From a virus: 64,000 nt of DNA. Numbering within the stretch: the first letter of the stretch is position 1; every line of letters begins with the position of its first letter. The stretch lies in the IMG/VR virus record IMGVR_UViG_3300020416_000002; one strand, 5' to 3'. The position numbers were made by a program, and so were the translations under genes. The notes beneath the pieces were generated by a model, which saw nothing but the letters and a program-made list of their open reading frames with translations, was not told where the DNA came from and ran no database searches. This document shows, piece after piece, positions 57,572 to 64,000 of the stretch.

Positions 57572-57813
57572 CGTTCCTCAAAATTTAGTTTACGAACTTT
57601 GCGTTTGCGTCGTTTCTCCAACCATTCTACCTGATCTTGGGAGAATTGTCTAGGTTCCGACACATTTGTAACATTATTTAGTATAATGACCGCCGACAAG
57701 TCCATTGCTGTAAACCCTTTGTCATCTACGATTAAATTATTCTGACACCCACAGTTTTGTGGCTTGCCATTACTAACAATTTCTTTTTTACACACTACAC
57801 ATTGCACTTTCAT
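57568..57813 (-). CDS. small Zn-ribbon protein
   Basis: CxxC...CxC; RRKRKVRKLNFEER. Confidence 0.65.
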   Translation of the reverse strand: MKVQCVVCKKEIVSNGKPQNCGCQNNLIVDDKGFTAMDLSAVIILNNVTNVSEPRQFSQDQVEWLEKRRKRKVRKLNFEER

Positions 57814-58478
57814 TTGAAAAATGCTACCTCCGTAAATCTAGTTTGCTCTTTAAATCTGTTGTCGTTGATAATTTGTCCGTGTGGAATGTGACCAGGAAAT
57901 ACTACCATGCTATTAAACTTAGAGAGGATAGCAAGGTCTGGTGTAAACATAGATGAGTCCTTCCAAGGATTAGCATGCTCGGTTTCATTTTCTAACATCT
58001 CTTCTACCTCATCACTTGCTGGTAGATAGAACATCGTACCAGCATCTGAACCTACACTTGGATTCATGTATGTTAAACAGTTCAATAAACCACCATCTAC
58101 ATGGGGTGTAAAGAATACATCATCGCCAGGATAATCTTCTACCAATCTAAATTGATTAAACTTTGATACTGGAGGATAATTTTCGTCCTTTTCTTTACAA
58201 TAAAATTCTAAAATTTTATCATACAAATATGTTCTGCTAGTAATACATCTGTTATCTACTAGATGTTGTCCATCGTAAAATAACTTTCCATTCTTACTGG
58301 TAGGATCTGCCTCAGTTAGTTTGTGTGCTCTAATAGGACACTCTTTTAAATACTCATATACCTTGTGAGGTTTTTTGTAGATCTCATCAATGTGTAAAAT
58401 AAGGTCGCCTCTATATGGAATGATAGCAACACCCCATGAGGTATTAAACTCAAAGTCTTCAATTGAATAAAATGACAT
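57810..58478 (-). CDS. 2OG-Fe(II) oxygenase (DUF6445-like)
   Basis: PHVD, GTMFY, FNSMVVF, PHG, RFT. Confidence 0.7.
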   Translation of the reverse strand: MSFYSIEDFEFNTSWGVAIIPYRGDLILHIDEIYKKPHKVYEYLKECPIRAHKLTEADPTSKNGKLFYDGQHLVDNRCITSRTYLYDKILEFYCKEKDENYPPVSKFNQFRLVEDYPGDDVFFTPHVDGGLLNCLTYMNPSVGSDAGTMFYLPASDEVEEMLENETEHANPWKDSSMFTPDLAILSKFNSMVVFPGHIPHGQIINDNRFKEQTRFTEVAFFK

Positions 58479-58480
58479 GA

Positions 58481-59089
58481 TTACTTAAACATGAATGTGT
58501 AGTTCACTCTACGATTTGCGTCACCCTCAATCATTGAAACGCCATTCGTTTTGTGAAAATATTTAGACTCAAAAATTGTTATCCTATTGTAGTTGTAAGG
58601 AACAAATCTTGGTGTGGCATTTGATTCTATTAAGTACTGATTAATTTTTTTAGAATCACTATTGTATTCACTCCATGTCCAATCATCAGGTGCCTTTTGA
58701 TCATAGATTATCAATCCATTTTTCAATGTATCTTTTTGACAATCAAATGGAGTTACCCATAGGTTGACATTGATAGCAGCAGGATCAGCATGTGGAGTGA
58801 CTCCAGATGCCTCATTATCATATACAAATGCCCACCCTCTGTCAAACTCTAGGTCATGTAGAGGAGAGAAGGCACCATGGATAGCATTTATAACATCAGG
58901 TAAAACAGGAAATGGAAAGTTTTCTCTATCAAAATTTATAGAATGATATCCCCACTCAGAATAATCATCATCTTTGTACTGACAATTTAATGCAGACTGA
59001 TGAAGTTCATTTACAACATCAGTGTATAAAAAATCATCAATAATTACATACCCATCTCTGAGTATTGTTTCACGAACTTGATCCATCAA
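58481..59089 (-). CDS. 2OG-Fe(II) oxygenase-like protein
   Basis: PHAD..AINVNLW, NRITIF, FHKT, RRVNYT. Confidence 0.65.
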   Translation of the reverse strand: MMDQVRETILRDGYVIIDDFLYTDVVNELHQSALNCQYKDDDYSEWGYHSINFDRENFPFPVLPDVINAIHGAFSPLHDLEFDRGWAFVYDNEASGVTPHADPAAINVNLWVTPFDCQKDTLKNGLIIYDQKAPDDWTWSEYNSDSKKINQYLIESNATPRFVPYNYNRITIFESKYFHKTNGVSMIEGDANRRVNYTFMFK

Positions 59090-59270
59090 TCTTAGGCAGA
59101 GTAGGTAAGGTATCTTTTAACATTCCTGATACTAATTTATCTTTTTTCATTGACAGTAAAACGATTTCTTTGAGTTTACTTTTTAACTCATCAATATTAT
59201 CACAGTCATTAATTTCCCTCACAATTTTTTCGTATTCAAACTGTTGAGTTAAATCTAATTCCATGATCAA
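59070..59270 (-). CDS. NblA-like small helical protein
   Basis: LDLTQQFEYEK...DELK..L.EIV...M......GML pattern. Confidence 0.5.
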   Translation of the reverse strand: MIMELDLTQQFEYEKIVREINDCDNIDELKSKLKEIVLLSMKKDKLVSGMLKDTLPTLPKIDGSSS

Positions 59271-59908
59271 TCCATTACTGATAGGTCTGCACTATCTTTT
59301 CTATTGATAGTTTCTGGATGTTCGCACCATCTATTTATGTCATCCTGTCTAGCTGTTTTAACAGCAATACTAAACCTTTGGTAAGACTTAAATGGGGATG
59401 CTCTATGTAAAATTTGTGAGGTAAATCTACATGTAGTATTCCATTCTGGAGGAACACCAATAATTTTTTTCTCTAGATAAAATTCTGTCCATCCAGATTC
59501 TTCTATATCATAATCCCAATCATGAATAGGATAATATAAAAATGTGTTTTGATCTTGACCCTCATCAGCATCGTTATGAAAGTATGCTCTTTCATTAGGT
59601 GCGAATACATTAATATAGAGTCTGTAAATACCATACTTATCCCAGTAATTAGGATAGTGTTTACCAATAGCAGTGGTAATACAGTCAAAAATTAATTTGT
59701 CATCACCAATAGTTGCGTCAGGTTTGTCGGCAAAGAACACATTGTGTACTAGACCTGTAGGTTTCCTAGGATCATGCTCATTCCCCTCATTGTCTGCCTC
59801 ACCATACTTATAACTAGCAGTGGTGTGGCAGAAATCAGATACGAAGTTAGCAATGTCTGGTGGAAAAAAATTATCAACAACTTCAATTGTTGGTTTCTTT
59901 AATTTCAT
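59267..59908 (-). CDS. 2OG-Fe(II) oxygenase
   Basis: YINVFAPNE..YFHND, GWTEF, LHRA, RFSIAVK. Confidence 0.8.
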   Translation of the reverse strand: MKLKKPTIEVVDNFFPPDIANFVSDFCHTTASYKYGEADNEGNEHDPRKPTGLVHNVFFADKPDATIGDDKLIFDCITTAIGKHYPNYWDKYGIYRLYINVFAPNERAYFHNDADEGQDQNTFLYYPIHDWDYDIEESGWTEFYLEKKIIGVPPEWNTTCRFTSQILHRASPFKSYQRFSIAVKTARQDDINRWCEHPETINRKDSADLSVMD

Positions 59909-60132
59909 GTGGGTTTATGATCTTTAAATTTGTCGTGATTACCATCACCAGGCATTTTACCATAGGCACAATATTCAATCGCTTGAATAGAACCTTGTAG
60001 TCTATCTAGATCTTTTTGTACCTTTACATATTCTTCATATGCATCAAGCAATTCATCTGCCCTAGCAGATAGTTGTTTAGTTCGTTTATTAAAACGATCT
60101 AGTAATTGTTCAAAGTTTTCAGTTTGTTTCAT
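59905..60132 (-). CDS. hypothetical coiled-coil protein
   Basis: 75-aa ORF. Confidence 0.6.
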   Translation of the reverse strand: MKQTENFEQLLDRFNKRTKQLSARADELLDAYEEYVKVQKDLDRLQGSIQAIEYCAYGKMPGDGNHDKFKDHKPT

Positions 60133-60313
60133 GTCCTAAAAAGTGTAGTACATCATTTCTAATTTCCATGAGTTCATGGTAGCATTTTTGATTGTGGGCA
60201 CAACCACGGAGGTCGTTATCAGGTTTTAAGACAGATTCAATGAACAATGATCTTGCTCTTGCAATCTTATCCTCCTTTGATTCATGTTCTCTCACTGTGT
60301 TTTGATCCTTCAT
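60119..60313 (-). CDS. conserved cyanophage hypothetical protein
   Basis: LFIESVLKPDNDLRGCAHNQKCY. Confidence 0.65.
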   Translation of the reverse strand: MKDQNTVREHESKEDKIARARSLFIESVLKPDNDLRGCAHNQKCYHELMEIRNDVLHFLGHETN

Positions 60314-61551
60314 TTGTTAATGCCAGTGTCTGCGTAAGTGAAACCTTCATTAGGTTTACCGTCACCAAAAGTATAGGTATCACCTAGTTTGGGGATCTTA
60401 AGATCCCAACTAAAATACTGTCTTCCTTTTCTTGGTACGGTAACATCCCATCCATTATAAGTCATCACGCCACTCTGACTAGAAGTCACACAGTCTTCGA
60501 CTGCATCCTCATCACCATCCCACATCCAATCAGTACATGCATCTACCGTAAGAATAGGAAGACTAGTATTGAATGATGTCATATGGAAAAATGCATCATG
60601 CCATTTGTCAAAGATTTGCCAATCATAATCTTCCTCTTTACCTTTCCTACCATTAGTAGCATGGAAGATAATATTGAAACATCCCATCTGATTAAAGATA
60701 GATGTAAGAGGACGCTGACCACCTTCTTGATAACCCCATAGATCATTACAGATCAAACCAGCAGCAAGTGGTTCTTGCCACCATTCATCCGAGTTAGCAA
60801 CAGGAGTATCATCATGTGATAGTCTAACCATCACAACAGGATCATCCTTATCTCTCTTAAGAACATTTTCCAAAGGAGGATTAGGATGAGATGCCTGTCT
60901 ATCTAAAACTAAACTTTTATATGTACAACATGCCAATCTACCATTAGATTTGTAATGTCTAATTTCATTTCTAAAAACCTTTGATCCAAAATATTCTGTT
61001 TCAAAGAAATTAGTACCTAAATGTAGAGCAACTCCTGCCTTCTTTTGATGTGCCTCAACCTCTCTAAGGGCATCAGTAAGTTCATCTAATTTATTTTCCC
61101 ATCCACCTAACCATCCAGACAAAGATCCTTCTGGAGTTAGAAGATGATCTACATTATTTTCTTTTGCCCAATCAATAGCTTTAAAGATCTCTCTTTTATT
61201 AACTTGAATGTTAGTGCCTACTGGAATTTGAGCACCTGCCATCTTATATACTTCTCTAGTTTCTTGAGTATCAGCAGCAACACCAAATCCTTTCCAAGTT
61301 TGTTGATTGTAAAGTGGGTCTTCACCTATAACTTCTTTTACTTTTTCTGCATACTCTTTTTGTTCAGGAATAGCATCGTCAATTAAACCTTCCTCTGCTA
61401 ATTTTTTGTAGTTATAGCAACCACCAAGGGGAGCAATCTTAGGTTCACTCTTAGATACGGGAGGGGTATATTCATACCCATACTTTTCTAAACCCTCTTC
61501 AAATTCTTCGGGAGTAACATTACCTTCCCAATAATCTTTTTCATTAACCAT
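60310..61551 (-). CDS. carbon-nitrogen hydrolase (nitrilase superfamily) with N-terminal extension
   Basis: E-K-C triad: LTPEGSLSG, TYKS, LICNDLW. Confidence 0.82.
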   Translation of the reverse strand: MVNEKDYWEGNVTPEEFEEGLEKYGYEYTPPVSKSEPKIAPLGGCYNYKKLAEEGLIDDAIPEQKEYAEKVKEVIGEDPLYNQQTWKGFGVAADTQETREVYKMAGAQIPVGTNIQVNKREIFKAIDWAKENNVDHLLTPEGSLSGWLGGWENKLDELTDALREVEAHQKKAGVALHLGTNFFETEYFGSKVFRNEIRHYKSNGRLACCTYKSLVLDRQASHPNPPLENVLKRDKDDPVVMVRLSHDDTPVANSDEWWQEPLAAGLICNDLWGYQEGGQRPLTSIFNQMGCFNIIFHATNGRKGKEEDYDWQIFDKWHDAFFHMTSFNTSLPILTVDACTDWMWDGDEDAVEDCVTSSQSGVMTYNGWDVTVPRKGRQYFSWDLKIPKLGDTYTFGDGKPNEGFTYADTGINK

Positions 61552-62126
61552 TAAAAAAACCTCTCAATGTCTTCTAGTATAACACGATATACTGTAGTAT
61601 ATCTATAAACATATTCGTTGAGGGGTCCTAGACCCCTATGTGGAAGAGTAGAATCAAATATAATAATTCTACCAGGTTTATATTCTATCTCCTCAACAAC
61701 CTTAGCATCCTTTTCCATCGAATCCATAAGTTGAAACTGTCCACCCCATTCACTTTTCCATTGTGTATTGTTCATGACCATTACAGTTAAACCTTCACCA
61801 TCATTATGTGTTGTACCATTTTGTCCAAAGTACTGAAGATTTAGATCAATTCTTCTAAGGTAAGTAGGAACCTCAAAAAGATTTTCATCAATGATCTCCC
61901 ATGCATCAAAAAATATTGGAGCATCTGTATGTAATTTAGTAATTCTATTGCCGTTATCTCTTGAAAAAATATCAGTGCCAAATAATCTATGACTTCCAAT
62001 CAATCCCTGAGGGAATGACTGAGGGTTAGCAACATTGGTTGTATATACTGGGACTTCTAAGACTGTTTCCTCTAACTCACAGAGGAATTGCATGTCAAAT
62101 AAATCATCTACAATATGAGATATCAT
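61551..62126 (-). CDS. 2OG-Fe(II) oxygenase
   Basis: HND, WKSEWGG, PGRIIIFDSTLPHRG. Confidence 0.82.
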   Translation of the reverse strand: MISHIVDDLFDMQFLCELEETVLEVPVYTTNVANPQSFPQGLIGSHRLFGTDIFSRDNGNRITKLHTDAPIFFDAWEIIDENLFEVPTYLRRIDLNLQYFGQNGTTHNDGEGLTVMVMNNTQWKSEWGGQFQLMDSMEKDAKVVEEIEYKPGRIIIFDSTLPHRGLGPLNEYVYRYTTVYRVILEDIERFF

Positions 62127-62149
62127 TTTGAATTATTATTATGTCATAT

Positions 62150-62185
62150 ATTATAAGACCCCTGACTGAATCAGTCAAGGGTCGG
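62150..62185 (-). promoter_or_regulatory. sigma70 promoter embedded in a GC-rich hairpin
   Basis: TTGACT-17 nt-TATAAT within GACCCTTGACTGA/TCAGTCAGGGGTC inverted repeat. Confidence 0.7.
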
Positions 62186-62209
62186 TGAACATTTTTTAAT
62201 CTTAACTAG

Positions 62210-62371
62210 TTAGGTTAGAATCTCCTTACAGATTTTTTTACAAGAGGAGTGATCATCTGCACAATCGATCAAGCAATCAAAGTAGTCGTTTACTATTTCT
62301 GAGTCTAGTTTAGGCTCATCGATTTCAGACCATTCTGCTAATTGATTGAATGATAAGATATTGTGCTTCAT
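62210..62371 (-). CDS. 53-aa four-Cys protein (not in ORF track)
   Basis: MKHNILSFNQLAEW...DYFDCLIDCADDHSSCKKICKEILT; AAGGA RBS. Confidence 0.75.
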   Translation of the reverse strand: MKHNILSFNQLAEWSEIDEPKLDSEIVNDYFDCLIDCADDHSSCKKICKEILT

Positions 62372-62506
62372 GATATCCTTCTTTAACTGGACAATAACAA
62401 AGAGAGTTTCAGGTCATCTTGTTAACCTTAATTCTACCACTATTTAGTATAGAAATTTCAAAAAATGGCATTTCTGTGACAAAAATTTATGCCTACTAGT
62501 TTATAC

Positions 62507-63166
62507 TTATCCACCTGCAATTTTTTCAATAACCTGTTCCCAATCTGCATCAAACAGTTCTAATCCTTTATCAGTAAGAACATGCTTGTACATCTTGTCA
62601 AGCACAGAAGGAGGGAGAGTACAGATGTCTGCACCTGCATCAAAACAACGACCGACTGTGTGTGCTTCACGAATAGATGCTGCTAACACTTGAGTTTTTA
62701 CAAACTGTTCTTTGTATACACTACAAATAGTTTGAACTAGTGCAACTCCAGAAAATGAATTGTCATTAAGTCTTCCTACAAATGGAGAAACATATGTTGC
62801 ACCTGCCTTTGCTGCAAGGATTGCTTGTACTACTGAGAAAATAAGAGTGACATTGACCTTAATACCATTCTCAGAAAGTTTTTTACAAGCATACAATCCT
62901 TCAGGACTACAAGGCACTTTGATTGTTGCTTGAGCACCAAATTTTTTAGAGAGTCTCAATCCCTCTTTCAGCATATCATCTGCATTTCCTACAACTTCCA
63001 TACTGATATCAGGAATACCAATATCAATAAGTTCTTGGTATACCTCCTCAGGATCTCTGCCACTCTTTCTAATAAGAGTAGGGTTAGTTGTTACACCATC
63101 AACCAAACCAGTCTCGTAATGTTTACTGATGATTGAGGTGTCTGCTGTGTCTAGAAAAATTTTCAT
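62507..63166 (-). CDS. talC: transaldolase (TalC/FSA family)
   Basis: IFLDTAD, GVTTNPTL, IKVP, YVSPFVGR, LAASIR. Confidence 0.96.
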   Translation of the reverse strand: MKIFLDTADTSIISKHYETGLVDGVTTNPTLIRKSGRDPEEVYQELIDIGIPDISMEVVGNADDMLKEGLRLSKKFGAQATIKVPCSPEGLYACKKLSENGIKVNVTLIFSVVQAILAAKAGATYVSPFVGRLNDNSFSGVALVQTICSVYKEQFVKTQVLAASIREAHTVGRCFDAGADICTLPPSVLDKMYKHVLTDKGLELFDADWEQVIEKIAGG

Positions 63167-63597
63167 GTAAAGTAATCCTTTCGATAATACCTGCCTAGGA
63201 TGTTGCTATTATAGTATGCAGGTGTTCCGTCTGTCAATGTTTCGGTTAGGACATTATTATAAAACAACTGTTTAGTTTCTTCAAAGTTTGTCTTGCCAAT
63301 AGTGGCATGCAATGACATTATTTCTCGTTTAAAGATATTCTTTCCAAACTGTTTAATATCTTGTTTAAGTTCTGGACAAGATCCGTAGTACTTTTTCCAG
63401 TCACTCTCACTAGTGACTCTCCTACCACCACCTCTAGGCTTTCGTTTCTGGTAGAAATATTTTCTTCCGATGTATTGTTTACCTGTTTGAATATTAGTAA
63501 TCCTGTAGACAAAACCGAACTGGTCGCCAATGTCATCAGAAGTAAAAGGTTTACCCTCATATATCCAGGCGTTTTCGTAAACTCCCTCTTCAACCAT
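63163..63597 (-). CDS. GIY-YIG endonuclease family protein
   Basis: GFVYRITN...KQYIGRK, YYGS. Confidence 0.85.
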   Translation of the reverse strand: MVEEGVYENAWIYEGKPFTSDDIGDQFGFVYRITNIQTGKQYIGRKYFYQKRKPRGGGRRVTSESDWKKYYGSCPELKQDIKQFGKNIFKREIMSLHATIGKTNFEETKQLFYNNVLTETLTDGTPAYYNSNILGRYYRKDYFT

Positions 63598-63624
63598 TTC
63601 ATAATTTTTATATCTTTCGTATAT

Positions 63625-63846
63625 TTATTCAGCATCCTCTTCCTCCTTTTTAGGAGTATATACCAATAACTCTTCACCATACCTTACACCCTCCATCTCA
63701 GGATGTGGTGCTGGTACTCTTGTTTTTTTAATTGGTTTGTCCATATCAGCAAGAGTGGAAGTCATCATCTTCCACATAAATGCGAAGGTAGCACCGAACA
63801 ACCCTACAAAAAATACAAGGTATATAAAAACTGTAACCTCATTCAT
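63625..63846 (-). CDS. DUF2973-like membrane protein
   Basis: TM helix then HPEM...GEELLV. Confidence 0.65.
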   Translation of the reverse strand: MNEVTVFIYLVFFVGLFGATFAFMWKMMTSTLADMDKPIKKTRVPAPHPEMEGVRYGEELLVYTPKKEEEDAE

Positions 63847-64000
63847 TCAGTTTCGGATGTGTGACCATTTTCTTTACGGAGCATGCCTTCAGGATCAACC
63901 ATGAATCCTTTGGGGATAGGTTTACAAACTTTGTCGGTATAACAATAGTAAGAACCTGCTTTACATTTTCCGTTTTGTTTTTCAGACTGTTCAAGAATAT
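63843..64000 (-). CDS. partial CDS (3' end), hypothetical
   Basis: ...KCKAGSYYCYTDKVCKPIPKG...; ATGA coupling to next gene. Confidence 0.55.
   Translation of the reverse strand, partial: ILEQSEKQNGKCKAGSYYCYTDKVCKPIPKGFMVDPEGMLRKENGHTSETE

Noticed and set aside
63163-63597. Mobile homing endonuclease or intron
   Set aside because: Short, free-standing and coupled to talC, with no interrupted gene; psbA and thyX are uninterrupted.
205-63680. Many plus-strand and alternate-frame ORFs in the track (e.g. 1378-1833, 3201-3575, 15876-16334, 35131-35496, 63318-63680)
   Set aside because: They are shadows of well-supported genes, with no motifs or RBS.
1-64000. tRNA genes or stop-codon recoding
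   Set aside because: No cloverleaf found by eye in intergenic gaps; known genes are full length in the standard code with all three stops used.

Overview
This is a 64-kb, AT-rich segment of a T4-like cyanomyovirus (Kyanoviridae), almost all on the minus strand. Its gene content recalls Prochlorococcus phage P-SSM2. From left to right it holds: (1) the baseplate/tail module (gp5, gp51, gp26, gp4, gp48, gp53) with a CP12-like gene; (2) gp32, gp33, exonuclease, phoH and thyX; (3) a tandem glutamine-riboswitch/DUF4278 locus; (4) a tail-fibre island with ADP-heptose genes, a carbamoyltransferase, a GT9-like enzyme and a Cys-rich protein; (5) psbA, five hli genes and an outer-membrane protein; (6) a fucose/glycosyltransferase/methyltransferase cluster; (7) a block of 2OG-Fe(II) oxygenases with an NblA-like gene and a nitrilase; (8) talC. 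No tRNA or CRISPR array was seen. The most striking observation is a complete 60-codon ORF nested inside stem P2 of the second glutamine-riboswitch aptamer, under a promoter with a perfect RpaB (HLR1) box. All family calls come from motif recognition, not database searches.
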